A stretch of DNA of 32,000 nucleotides. Origin: an uncultured archaeon (GTDB lineage Archaea > Asgardarchaeota > Thorarchaeia > Thorarchaeales > Thorarchaeaceae). Positions 8,300 to 17,577 of this stretch are shown here, piece by piece (within the stretch, counting starts at the first letter, position 1; each line of letters opens with the position of its first letter). Both the position numbers and the translations under genes were made by a program. The notes beneath the pieces were generated by a model, which saw only the letters and a list, made by a program, of their open reading frames with translations, had not been told where the DNA came from and did no database searches. The stretch lies in assembly GCA_964648855.1 (NCBI GenBank), contig CAZYLT010000005.1:1-32000 (forward strand). The letters are read 5' to 3'.

Positions 8300-9310
8300 T
8301 TGCTACCAGGGAAAGTACCGCGAGAGGTTCTGGAGAAGCACGTATTCACACATTTAGGAAAGCGCCATCCTGACTTGATCTTAGGCCCTGCAATGGGTCA
8401 AGATGCATCACTAATTCGTATGGGTAATAGAATCATTGTAGCAGCAACGGACCCGATAACAGGCTCAATTGAGGATATTGGGTGGCTAGCTGTGCACGTA
8501 AACGCTAATGATGTAGCAACTTTCGGAGTGCGTCCTACATGGTTTCTGTGTTCCATCATGTTACCTGAAGGAACGGAAGTTCAAGACATTGAGAAAATAA
8601 TGATGCAAATTGATGAAGCAGCTCAAAGTCTTGGAATAGGTGTTGCTGGCGGACATACAGAGATTACCGCAGGATTGAACCGGCCAATCGTTGCTGGATT
8701 CATGATGGGTGTGACTGAAGAAGGGAGGTATGTTACTTCTTCGGGAGCGGAGCCTGGTGATTCGATTATCATGACCAAGTCAATCGCGATAGAAGGAACT
8801 GCTATTCTTGCCACAGAAGGTCATGACATGCTATCAGATACCATCCCCTCAGAAGTGGTCTCTCAAGGAAAGTCCCTAAGAGCGCAAATTAGTGTTGTCC
8901 ATGAAGGAATTGCCGCATTCGAAACCGGTTATGTGACTGCAATGCATGACCCGACGGAGGGCGGCTTAGCTGGCGGATTGCATGAAATTTGTGATGCGAG
9001 TTCAGTGGGTTGTGAAATTGATTACCAATCGATACCTATTGACGATGCAACAAAGGCAATCTGCGAGCTCCTTGAAATTGACCCTTTCAGATTAATTAGT
9101 AGTGGCTGTATGCTGATTACTTGCAAGCAGGACCACACTTCAACCGTCATAGAGAAGATAAAATCTGCTGGAATTGGAGCAACAGCCATTGGCAAGGTGG
9201 TTTCTGATGAGAATAGAAGAGCTTTGATAACGGATGACGGAATACAGGAATTCGAGCATCCGGAAACTGATGAATTATGGGTCGGATTACAGAGAATTTC
9301 TAATCCATGA
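8300..9310 (+). CDS. AIR synthase (PurM/HypE/ThiL)-like ATP-binding protein
   Basis: MxxGK start, G.GQDA, TDPI, VNANDVA..G..P, AGGHTE, GA.PGD, AMHDPTEGG, SSG. Confidence 0.88.
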   Translation: MLPGKVPREVLEKHVFTHLGKRHPDLILGPAMGQDASLIRMGNRIIVAATDPITGSIEDIGWLAVHVNANDVATFGVRPTWFLCSIMLPEGTEVQDIEKIMMQIDEAAQSLGIGVAGGHTEITAGLNRPIVAGFMMGVTEEGRYVTSSGAEPGDSIIMTKSIAIEGTAILATEGHDMLSDTIPSEVVSQGKSLRAQISVVHEGIAAFETGYVTAMHDPTEGGLAGGLHEICDASSVGCEIDYQSIPIDDATKAICELLEIDPFRLISSGCMLITCKQDHTSTVIEKIKSAGIGATAIGKVVSDENRRALITDDGIQEFEHPETDELWVGLQRISNP

Positions 9311-10076
9311 ATGTCCTCAAATCTTGCAGATGTTTCTTAGATATACAATCCAATATTATTGGTGACAGAGAAGCTTTCTGCTTTTCTAGTACTGTATGAA
9401 CGTCTAACCCCTCTTCTCCATCTACCTCGACACCCCGGAACCAATAGTACGCTCTTCCGTGTGGGTCTATCCGCTCCTCTACTTCATTTCGCATTCTGAC
9501 TCTAGCAGGTCTAGTTATTTCTATGGTGGTGTCTTTGTTTACTTCACACGGGAAATTCAGGTTCAGCAGATCAATTCCGGTGGGCAGACCATTGTTGAGG
9601 ATTTTCGAGATGACGGTCATTGTGATATCACACACAATCTCGTAGCTTCTTCTCGGGCCATTTGGGTTGAACCAATCATTGGGGGTCGCCTCCATTGATA
9701 CTGCCAGTGCGGGATATCCTTTCAACGCAGCTTCCATTGCTGCACCCACAGTTCCACTGGTTAGCAAGCTCTGATAGCCTAAATTCCCTCCTGCATTAAT
9801 CCCGGATACAAAGAGGTCAATTCCATCTAGCATTGAATCCGCAAGAACAACCGAATCCGCAGGAGTTCCATCATGAGTTACCAACCTATAACCATTAACT
9901 TGGTGGTCTTCCAAGACACGAAGAGGTCGATTGAGTGTCAGCGACTTACCTGTTGCGCTTCTTTGCGCATTTGGCGTAACCACTACGAGATCCTGACTTT
10001 CGGATATTTTCTCTGCAAGTTTCTGAAGTCCAATGCTAAAGGGGCCGTCATCATTCGTCAAGCAAACTAGCTTCAT
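9300..10076 (-). CDS. surE: 5'/3'-nucleotidase SurE
   Basis: LTNDDG, S.TG.SLT, DGTPAD, SGIN.G.N...SGTVGAA, NLNFP, DP.GR.YYW. Convergent 11-bp overlap with the preceding gene. Confidence 0.95.
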   Translation of the reverse strand: MKLVCLTNDDGPFSIGLQKLAEKISESQDLVVVTPNAQRSATGKSLTLNRPLRVLEDHQVNGYRLVTHDGTPADSVVLADSMLDGIDLFVSGINAGGNLGYQSLLTSGTVGAAMEAALKGYPALAVSMEATPNDWFNPNGPRRSYEIVCDITMTVISKILNNGLPTGIDLLNLNFPCEVNKDTTIEITRPARVRMRNEVEERIDPHGRAYYWFRGVEVDGEEGLDVHTVLEKQKASLSPIILDCISKKHLQDLRTFMD

Positions 10077-10135
10077 TCTTCTTTCTCCGCTTGCCTTCTA
10101 GAGAGAGCAAGCCGGTTTGTTGATAAGATTGACGG

Positions 10136-10175
10136 AAAGAAAAAGATAGGATCCGGAAGCGATTAACCGCCTCCG
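10136..10175 (-). terminator. Hairpin + U-rich terminator downstream of the histone gene
   Basis: On the minus strand CGGAGGCG-GTTAAT-CGCTTCCG (8 bp, one G-U) is followed by GATCCTATC-TTTTTCTTT. Confidence 0.6.
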
Positions 10176-10210
10176 AACTTCATATACTATAAGGTCAGCT
10201 CAGGGACAAA

Positions 10211-10381
10211 TCATAGGTCGTAAGGCTTGAGTGTCTTACGCTTATTGGCTTTTGTGCGCTCGGCAGCCGCTTTGAGCATTTTCTCAATGTGCTTGTCCAA
10301 TGCGCCGTAGAAATCCCCGGCAACCTGCATGTTGTTTCTCTTCGCGAAATCCTGAATTGCTTTCTTTACAATGTATGACAA
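10211..10381 (-). CDS. Histone-fold protein, 56 aa, short-alpha3 'face-to-face'/DUF1931-like type (not in ORF track)
   Basis: TTG start with SD GAGGTG (10387-10392). Translation MSYIVKKAIQDFAKRNNMQVAGDFYGALDKHIEKMLKAAAERTKANKRKTLKPYDL carries the histone L2 motif RKT(L)xxxDL. Confidence 0.9.
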   Translation of the reverse strand: MSYIVKKAIQDFAKRNNMQVAGDFYGALDKHIEKMLKAAAERTKANKRKTLKPYDL

Positions 10382-10431
10382 TTGAACACCTCACTAATAC
10401 TAATGGGTATCAAAAGGTATCCAAATCCCCT

Positions 10432-10439
10432 CTTATAAG
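10432..10439 (-). promoter_or_regulatory. Putative TATA box of the histone gene
   Basis: CTTATAAG ~50 nt upstream of the start, leaving room for a short SD-containing leader. Confidence 0.5.
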
Positions 10440-10506
10440 CATATCCAGAAATGACGTTTAGAGCCTTCTGGCGCCAATAGTATGGCGCGTTTATAAAGGG
10501 CCTTTA

Positions 10507-11604
10507 TTATTCTATTTTATCCTCAAGAATATCCATAATTTTGACTGCTGCGGTTCCATCTCCATACGGGCACTCCCTTCTCTTGCTTTGAACATCCAAG
10601 CCCTCTTTGATGCGTTGCGGAAATTCATCTTTGTTGATGCCAACAACAGTTACGTGTCCCGAATCTACGGCTTCGGGCCGTTCAGTTGAAGTCCTCAATA
10701 CGAACGCCTGCTTATTCAAAGAGGGTGCTGTAACCTCCTCCTGCAAACCTCCTGAATCAGTAATAATGAATGACGCTTGATCCATGAAATAGAGGAATTG
10801 AAGATACCCAACTGGTTCTATTATGCGTATTTTTGGTGTCTTTTCCAACTTCTGCAGCATATCAAATGCTCTAAGTCTGGAGATTGTTCTTGGATGGGCG
10901 GGAAAAATAATTGACACATCTAATCTTATCAGGCCTTCAATGATTCCCTTCAGTATTTCTTTATCATCAACATTTTCTGCACGATGTAACGTCAGGAGGG
11001 CAAAATTATCCGGTAGATTCATCTCCCTTTTGGAAAAGCGTTGCCGGGCAACAGGAATTCGTGATTCCAATGTATCAATCACGGTATTACCTGTAACGAA
11101 AATCTGTCCCCATACTGACTCATCTTCCAATATCTTCTTTGAATTCTTGGTCGGGGCAAATAGGTACGCCGATGCATGATCAGTTAGGCGGCGGTTGTGT
11201 TCCTCTGGCATCCTAATATCATAGCTTCTAAGTCCAGCCTCGACGTGGGCAACGGGAATTTGTAGTTTTACAGCAGCCAGCGTTGCAGATAGGACTGCAT
11301 TGGTATCTCCTTGCACTAATACAACATCGGGTCTTTCTCGTATCAATTCCTTCTCTATTCCAACCAATGCTTTTGCTGTTTGGGTTGAATGCGATCCCGA
11401 TCCAATATTCAGATTCTTGTCCGGTTCTGCAAGGTCCAAATCATTGAAGAATTCTTGACTCATCTTCTTTGAGTAATGTTGTCCAGTATGAAGTACATAA
11501 TGAGATGTCCCCCGGCTTTTGCATTCGTTAATAATGGGAGCCATCTTGACTATCTCTGGTCGTGTACCAATCACTACGAAGATATCTGGTTTTGCCATGG
11601 TCAT
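10507..11604 (-). CDS. wecB: UDP-N-acetylglucosamine 2-epimerase (non-hydrolysing)
   Basis: GTRPE.VKMAP, HTGQH, QGDTN, HVEAGLRS, PEE.NR, TLHRAEN, HPRT, TDSGGLQEE, TERPE, PYGDG. Start is probably 11604 or 11598 rather than 11670. Confidence 0.95.
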   Translation of the reverse strand: MTMAKPDIFVVIGTRPEIVKMAPIINECKSRGTSHYVLHTGQHYSKKMSQEFFNDLDLAEPDKNLNIGSGSHSTQTAKALVGIEKELIRERPDVVLVQGDTNAVLSATLAAVKLQIPVAHVEAGLRSYDIRMPEEHNRRLTDHASAYLFAPTKNSKKILEDESVWGQIFVTGNTVIDTLESRIPVARQRFSKREMNLPDNFALLTLHRAENVDDKEILKGIIEGLIRLDVSIIFPAHPRTISRLRAFDMLQKLEKTPKIRIIEPVGYLQFLYFMDQASFIITDSGGLQEEVTAPSLNKQAFVLRTSTERPEAVDSGHVTVVGINKDEFPQRIKEGLDVQSKRRECPYGDGTAAVKIMDILEDKIE

Positions 11605-11727
11605 GAGTATCAATTGTATCCGATAAAAATCGAATGGTATTTCAAGCAAATTAGGACATTGAGAAAACACCTTTAAGATTCAAATGAATGGCATACTTGC
11701 ATTGGTTCTGCAGGGTGTATAGGTTCT

Positions 11728-12507
11728 ATGAGATATGGATTTGGCGTTTTGCTTGGTTTTGTTCTTTCGGGAGTCATCTTTCTGGGTAGTGCCGCTATCA
11801 AGATTGTTGGATCCGCTGCAGAGAATTCATCTGCCCTCGCAAGTATGTGGAGCCTATTCCTTGTTTGGTTTGTAATTTCCTTAATCATTCTCATTTCACC
11901 ACTTATTATTTCCTTCATAGCCTACCGTGAACAGTTCAAACAGATTCTAATATTCGAAATGGGAGGAGTATCCTTGTTCACACCTTTCTGGCTAGGAATT
12001 ACGACTGAACTCTCAGGAGATCCTTTTACGGATTTGTTGCGCAACGGCATTGACAATGGTCTGCCTTATATCGATGCTCAGGGAATTGTGAGGGGTCTCA
12101 GCATTGGACCAATCATTCTCATCCCTGCTTTGACTGCCATGCTTGTTATCGGCTTGATTGTATTGCGGCCATCTTTTGTAAAATCGCTAGGAGCAGAAGC
12201 TGAAAGCACCGAGTTGTCCGAGTTACGAGCCGATGCCGAAAAGACACCTGAAGTAGAACCGGAAGCAATTTCCATAGAACCCCCTAAAAGCGACGAAGAG
12301 AGCATAGCAGAATTGAAAAGCATACTAACCGAAATCGGTGTTAAAACATCCACAATTGACGCGTTGCTTAACGCAGGTTTTGGGAATATAACTAATCTAA
12401 TGGGGACCAGTTCTGACCAAATTTCTACTGATACTGGGATTGAAACATCTGAAATTCAGAAACTACAGATAAAACTCCAGAAACGAATTTGGTTTAGTGG
12501 AATCTAA
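11728..12507 (+). CDS. Multi-pass membrane protein with C-terminal helix-hairpin-helix domain
   Basis: About 4 hydrophobic segments, acidic linker, then IGVKTSTIDALLNAGFGNITNL..SSDQIS..TGI (HhH_5/RadA-N-like pattern). Confidence 0.75.
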   Translation: MRYGFGVLLGFVLSGVIFLGSAAIKIVGSAAENSSALASMWSLFLVWFVISLIILISPLIISFIAYREQFKQILIFEMGGVSLFTPFWLGITTELSGDPFTDLLRNGIDNGLPYIDAQGIVRGLSIGPIILIPALTAMLVIGLIVLRPSFVKSLGAEAESTELSELRADAEKTPEVEPEAISIEPPKSDEESIAELKSILTEIGVKTSTIDALLNAGFGNITNLMGTSSDQISTDTGIETSEIQKLQIKLQKRIWFSGI

Positions 12508-12524
12508 CGAAATACGAGTAAGGC

Positions 12525-13265
12525 TCACCTAAATGTTATTGCTGCATCCAAGGCAATGCTGACCAAGTCATCAAGTTTGGGTTCCCCCTCGATCTCCTTT
12601 TCTTTTTCAATGGGTTCACCAACAATGACACAAGCGCTACCTACCCTAACTGTACGCAACTGCCCCAACGTAAATAGCACGGCAGCCTCCATCTCTGTAG
12701 CAAGCACATTCGAATTCCTGAGCCAATCCCATCTCCTTTCCATTGCATCAGAATCAGCAACCATTGATGGATATTCACTATAAAATGCATCTTTGCTATG
12801 CCCTATACCCACTTTGTAACGAGCATTTCTTTTCTTTGCAGCATCAGTAAGTGCTATCACCATCTCTGGGTCTGCCACTGCAGGAAACTCAACGGGCACA
12901 TATTGCTTCGAGGTGCCATCATCTCGAACAGCACCACTAAAAATGACAATATTTCCGGCCTTCAGAGATGAATCAATTGCTCCCGATGTCCCAACTCTTA
13001 TGAATGTCTTACATCCGACTTTGACAAGTTCTTCCAAGGCAATTGCCGCAGACGGACAGCCAATTCCAGTTGAGCAAACTGCTACTGGAATTCCTTTCCA
13101 AGTTCCTTTGAAACTCCAATACTCTCGTTTATGTGCTATCTCCTCAGGATTGTCAAAGAATTCATTTGCAATTTTCTGGGCGCGAAACGGATTACCTGGC
13201 AAGAGGACACGTTCGGGAATCTCATTCGGTGCTATGTCAATGTGATATTGCCTGTCCTTTGCCAT
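12525..13265 (-). CDS. udp: Uridine phosphorylase (NP-I family)
   Basis: QYHI, LLPGNP.R, REY, STGIGCPSAAIALEEL, IRVGTSG, AVRDDGTS..Y, DAFY, EMEAA. Confidence 0.88.
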   Translation of the reverse strand: MAKDRQYHIDIAPNEIPERVLLPGNPFRAQKIANEFFDNPEEIAHKREYWSFKGTWKGIPVAVCSTGIGCPSAAIALEELVKVGCKTFIRVGTSGAIDSSLKAGNIVIFSGAVRDDGTSKQYVPVEFPAVADPEMVIALTDAAKKRNARYKVGIGHSKDAFYSEYPSMVADSDAMERRWDWLRNSNVLATEMEAAVLFTLGQLRTVRVGSACVIVGEPIEKEKEIEGEPKLDDLVSIALDAAITFR

Positions 13266-13386
13266 TGTTGATGCAATCCCAGCTTTCCGGTTTTCAAGCC
13301 TAACAAAAGGGTTTCGAAGGCTGCTATCTGCTGAAGCCAGAGATAGCCTTAAAAGAATGTTTCAAGCCAGCTTGGTTTGATTATCC

Positions 13387-13611
13387 ATGAGTAAAGAGGT
13401 ATCAGAACTTGATAAAGCAATATTGTCTGCCATTTTGGAGGACAGCCATAGACCATCAGCAATTACCAGTATTGTAAATGCTCGTGGTGTCAGTTGTACT
13501 CAGAATGAAGTCGTGAAGGCTCTCAATGGATTAGAAGAAAAAGATCTGGTTGAAAGATTCACATCTAAGACGTGGATTGCAAAATCTGGTGCCGCAGATC
13601 ATGTCGAGTAG
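13387..13611 (+). CDS. Small winged-helix protein
   Basis: 74 aa; LDKAILSAI...P..I...EVVKALNGLEEKDLVER...W is a wHTH pattern. TTAAAA lies ~33 nt upstream. Confidence 0.7.
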   Translation: MSKEVSELDKAILSAILEDSHRPSAITSIVNARGVSCTQNEVVKALNGLEEKDLVERFTSKTWIAKSGAADHVE

Positions 13612-13661
13612 GTTCAGCATCCATCTTTTGGCATAGAACACCTTCGCGTGAAGTTAAAACA

Positions 13662-14648
13662 CTATAATCGTTTCACTAGTGAGTCAACAACATTGTAGGT
13701 TAGTTCTGGATTCTTCACACAAAATACGTCGGTTTTCACTGTATTTGAAGCCACAATTTTTCCATCGATTTTCTCAATCAAGTTCTCAAGCAATTCCTCG
13801 CCTTCGTCAATAAGTGGAAGAGCATGCACAACTGCAAAAGCAATTTCCTTGGCTTCTTGTTTTCTGAGTCGGTCCGCGGTTTTTAAGAGTGTACCACCAC
13901 TCTTGGTCAGATCGTCTATCACAATCACATTCTTGCCTTTAACTTCCAAGTCACCATGAAGCTCGACAGAAAATGAGTTTTCTCTGCTTTTTCCAAACCC
14001 TGCAACATCAAATCTCTCCTGTCCTCCTTCATCGGGTGTAATGACAACATAGTCATCAAATCCAAACTGACTGCCTGCAAATTCTATTAGACGCGGAGTG
14101 ATGTCTATATACTCCATTAATCCCCTGCTCTCCAGGTTCTCCACCCATTCCAAACTTTCTGGTGCATGAGGATTGATTACCCATACTTTATTGCATGCAT
14201 TGGCAACCAACTGAAGAGCCCATTTAGCAGAAACTGCTTCTCCTGTCTTGAAGGCTTTGTCCTGAAGAGCAAAAGGTTGGAAAGTCAAAACAACTTCGAC
14301 TTTTCGAGGCGGTTCAACAGGTTCTGCTTTGTAGGTCTTATGATTTAATTGGTCAACCTTTACTGGATTGTGAAGAAGATTCAAGATGAGCATCAATTCC
14401 ACCAATCTATCAGATGTGGAGTAAGACTCTTCTTCAGCGGGACCTGATCCTGTGCAGCACTGCACAACCACTACTTTGCGATTGGATAATCGAGAGATTC
14501 TAGGAATCCTGACATACAAATCGCCATTGGGAAAAATCCGTTTGTTGTCATAATTCAGAGCTGATCTGTAGACATTGAATCCGTGCTGTTTGAATCTCAA
14601 CCCCAAATGTTCAGCTCCACTAGCAAGAATAACATCGTAATCTCTCAT
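13662..14648 (-). CDS. Divergent ribose-phosphate pyrophosphokinase (PRPP synthase)-like protein
   Basis: FPNGDLYVRI, QDKAFKTGEAVSA, PDEGG, KSR, GKNVIVIDDLTKSGGTL, VHAL, SNTV. Confidence 0.75.
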   Translation of the reverse strand: MRDYDVILASGAEHLGLRFKQHGFNVYRSALNYDNKRIFPNGDLYVRIPRISRLSNRKVVVVQCCTGSGPAEEESYSTSDRLVELMLILNLLHNPVKVDQLNHKTYKAEPVEPPRKVEVVLTFQPFALQDKAFKTGEAVSAKWALQLVANACNKVWVINPHAPESLEWVENLESRGLMEYIDITPRLIEFAGSQFGFDDYVVITPDEGGQERFDVAGFGKSRENSFSVELHGDLEVKGKNVIVIDDLTKSGGTLLKTADRLRKQEAKEIAFAVVHALPLIDEGEELLENLIEKIDGKIVASNTVKTDVFCVKNPELTYNVVDSLVKRL

Positions 14649-14700
14649 GGTTATCCGCCACTTCTTCCCGGACGGTCTTCCTTTATGTGGCTTTCCCCAT

Positions 14701-15246
14701 CTATCCTATTTCTGGTTTGTCTTGACCCACATAGTGACTACCCGGTCGTTGATCGTATCCCATTCTCGACGGTCGTGACAGCGGGACAAACATTAGCTGT
14801 ACAATCTTCATTCCTGGGTGTAACATGACAGGACTGAGATTTTCACAAAAGATTTCTAGTGTCAGCTTGCTGGGCTTTTCAAGTCCCGTACCTGGATTCA
14901 CTAATCCCGCTGCATGCACAATTATTCCAAGCCTAGCAACGCTCGATCGCCCTTCAAGAAGCCCAGCATATGACTTGCTCAATGAGATTTTCTCTTGAGT
15001 TTGGGCCAAAATGAATTGACCTGGCAAAATCATAAACGGGTCTTCTCCCGTGTCTACCAGCTTGGTATGCTGGTCCTCGGGATTCCCAGATTTGAAATCA
15101 ACTGGCTCTCCTGGGCTATATATTCTAAAGACGCTATCGAGCTTCAAGTCAACACTACAAGGACCCACGGCCTCAGCATCAAATGGCGTAATTACGATAT
15201 CCTTTGCCTTTATCGCATTTCGTATGTCTACATCTGATAGCATCAT
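14701..15246 (-). CDS. dcd: dCTP deaminase
   Basis: LSD.DI, P.SVDL.L, PGQF.L..T.E, EGRSS.ARLG, G.V.PG, TLE, GMKI.QL.F, Y.GQ. Confidence 0.92.
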   Translation of the reverse strand: MMLSDVDIRNAIKAKDIVITPFDAEAVGPCSVDLKLDSVFRIYSPGEPVDFKSGNPEDQHTKLVDTGEDPFMILPGQFILAQTQEKISLSKSYAGLLEGRSSVARLGIIVHAAGLVNPGTGLEKPSKLTLEIFCENLSPVMLHPGMKIVQLMFVPLSRPSRMGYDQRPGSHYVGQDKPEIG

Positions 15247-15333
15247 TCAGTCACCCAAATTAGCCCATCCAATGAGTAATACTGACACACTTAAAATGAG
15301 CCTACCGGTTATATATAACACCACCAAGGAACT

Positions 15334-16053
15334 GTGTTTGGCTTGAGCTTGACAGCCCGAGAGATTCTCCGTAAGATTGCAAAGGATTCAGGAATATCAT
15401 ACAAAGTCATAGCTCAGAGAGTAAATTCTGATGTACAAAAAGGCATTCCATTACTGAAATCGCTACGTAGAGTTGCCACAGAAAACAGCTTGGATCCGAA
15501 CAAATTCAGACTTAAATCAGAAGACATCATAAAGGAAATGGAACGGATTCTCACAGAAAACTATTCACAGACTCTGATGATATCTGCTGTGCTTGCAAGA
15601 ATGGTGGAATCAGAAGACAGAGATCGTTTTCCTGCACCAGCCTTCTTCGCGTTTCTGGAGATAATGTCCAATATTCATGACGAGTCCATGAACCGCAAAG
15701 CAGAACCCTCAGAGGATGTCGATGATAAGACTGCTGCTATAATAGAGATGTCCACAACGCTGGTGTCACTAATCTGCCAATGGGGCAAAGATGGAATCAT
15801 TGGCATCGCTCCGGGTTTGGATGATAAGACAAAGTCAATTGCAAAGTCCATCTATAGAAAAACCAAACTGCTTCAATCCGGTATGTGGGTATGTCTGTCC
15901 TGTGGTGAGATAGTAGATGTTAACGAGACATACGCACTTCTGTGCAGAAAATGCAATGCTGCATTAGCCAATGCAACCAGTGGTTCAACAAAACGGCGCG
16001 AAAGAGAACGCACTGGATATGGCCGAACGAAGAAGGGCTCATTATTGGAGTAA
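15334..16053 (+). CDS. Hypothetical helical protein with C-terminal Zn finger
   Basis: 239-aa ORF with CLSC...CRKC and a basic tail. The true start may be a few codons downstream. Confidence 0.75.
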   Translation: MFGLSLTAREILRKIAKDSGISYKVIAQRVNSDVQKGIPLLKSLRRVATENSLDPNKFRLKSEDIIKEMERILTENYSQTLMISAVLARMVESEDRDRFPAPAFFAFLEIMSNIHDESMNRKAEPSEDVDDKTAAIIEMSTTLVSLICQWGKDGIIGIAPGLDDKTKSIAKSIYRKTKLLQSGMWVCLSCGEIVDVNETYALLCRKCNAALANATSGSTKRRERERTGYGRTKKGSLLE

Positions 16054-16215
16054 TTGTCCTCGCTAGAAACTAGGTTCTCTTGACCTCAAACACTACATTG
16101 CTTCATAGATTCTCTCCTGCTATTTTTGCGAATCTATCCTAAAACGATTCATTTATCAATGAGAGGCAACGGCTGCCAGCTCGCCTATTAGTGGAAGCTT
16201 TGTGAGGTCATTTCA

Positions 16216-17565
16216 TTGAAAAGCTATATTGAAAATGTATACAACAAGGTCGTTGAGAAAGATCCGAGTCAAGAGGTCTTTCACCAAGCCGTCGAAGAAG
16301 TGCTGGACTCTCTTGAGCCCGCTATTGAAAAGTATCCAAAATTCAAAGAACATGCCATTCTTGAAAGGATAGTGGAGCCCGAACGTGTGATTTTGTTTCG
16401 CGTTCCTTGGGTCAATAAAGAAGGTGAGGTCAAGGTCAATCGGGGATTCAGAGTTCAATTTAATTCAGCCATCGGCCCGTACAAGGGAGGGCTCAGATTT
16501 CATAAAACCGTGAATGTTGGGGTTCTGAAGTTTCTTGGATTCGAACAGGTATTCAAGAACAGTCTTACCGGACTGCCCATGGGTGGCGGGAAGGGCGGAT
16601 CTGATTTTGATCCCCATGGGAAGACTGATGCTGAGGTCCGCAATTTTTGTCACAACTACATGTCTGAACTCTACAAGCATGTAGGACAATTTACTGATGT
16701 ACCGGCAGGCGATATTGGTGTTGGTGCTCGAGAGATTGGTTATCTCTATGGAATGTATCGCAAAATTACCAACAATCATGGAACCTGTGTCTTAACGGGA
16801 AAGGGTCCGACTTATGGTGGGTCGCTAATCAGACCTGAGGCAACAGGCTATGGTACTGTCTATTTCACTCAGGAAATGCTCAAGACAAAGAATGAGGAGC
16901 TGAAGGACAAGACAGTCTGCATCTCTGGCTCGGGGAATGTTGCTCAGCATGCCGCTGAAAAGTGCATTCAAATGGGTGCTAAAGTCATCGCAATGAGTGA
17001 CTCCTCAGGTTGGGTACACGACCCAGATGGCATTGATCAACAGAAGCTTGAGTGGATTATGGAACTCAAGAATGTAAGAAGAGGCAGAATAAAGGAATTT
17101 GCTGAAGAATTCAAGGGCGTCGAGTACCATACAGACAAAAGTCCATGGTATCTGCCCTGTGACATTGCTCTACCCTCTGCGACTCAGAATGAAGTCGATG
17201 CAAAGGAGGCAAAGGCTCTTGTCGATAATAATGTGATGGCTTTAGGCGAAGGTGCCAATATGCCACTTACGCCAGAAGCCATTGAAATAATGCAAGAGGC
17301 TAATGTCCTATACGCTCCAGGCAAGGCCGCTAACGCTGGTGGTGTATCTGTATCTGGTCTAGAGATGGCCCAGAACAGCATGCGATACTTCTGGACAAGA
17401 GAGGAAGTGGACCAGAAGCTGCATCAAATCATGGTCAGCATACACAAGACAGCCTACGATACCGCAGAGCTCTTTGGTGAAAAAGGCAACTATGTCTTGG
17501 GTGCGAATATTGCTGGCTTCTTGAAAGTAGCTAATGCAATGGTGGCTCAGGGTTATATCAGCTAA
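16216..17565 (+). CDS. gdhA: NADP-specific glutamate dehydrogenase
   Basis: GPYKGGLRFH, FEQ.FKNSLTGLPMGGGKGG, DVPAGDIG, RPEATGYG, GSGNVA, EGANMP, PGKAANAGGV; SD GAGGT. Confidence 0.97.
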   Translation: MKSYIENVYNKVVEKDPSQEVFHQAVEEVLDSLEPAIEKYPKFKEHAILERIVEPERVILFRVPWVNKEGEVKVNRGFRVQFNSAIGPYKGGLRFHKTVNVGVLKFLGFEQVFKNSLTGLPMGGGKGGSDFDPHGKTDAEVRNFCHNYMSELYKHVGQFTDVPAGDIGVGAREIGYLYGMYRKITNNHGTCVLTGKGPTYGGSLIRPEATGYGTVYFTQEMLKTKNEELKDKTVCISGSGNVAQHAAEKCIQMGAKVIAMSDSSGWVHDPDGIDQQKLEWIMELKNVRRGRIKEFAEEFKGVEYHTDKSPWYLPCDIALPSATQNEVDAKEAKALVDNNVMALGEGANMPLTPEAIEIMQEANVLYAPGKAANAGGVSVSGLEMAQNSMRYFWTREEVDQKLHQIMVSIHKTAYDTAELFGEKGNYVLGANIAGFLKVANAMVAQGYIS

Positions 17566-17577
17566 ATTCTAAGATGC

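Noticed and set aside
8207-8302. In-frame TGA (8297-99) right before the PurM-like gene with an upstream open frame containing CTTC; considered selenocysteine readthrough (SelD-like) with the hairpin as SECIS
   Set aside because: The protein family normally begins at MxxGK and has no SelD Cys/Sec-x-x-Lys motif. The upstream frame overlaps the structured RNA, and I could not draw a proper SECIS helix II.
10089-10112. Small hairpin GCTTGC...GCAAGC upstream of surE
   Set aside because: Short 6-bp stem with no further supporting features; could be chance.
11605-11670. N-terminal extension of wecB in the ORF track (similarly 31914-31979 for cutA and 20000-20053 for the acidic protein)
   Set aside because: Family homology or plausible sequence starts at the downstream Met; the extensions run through probable promoter regions.
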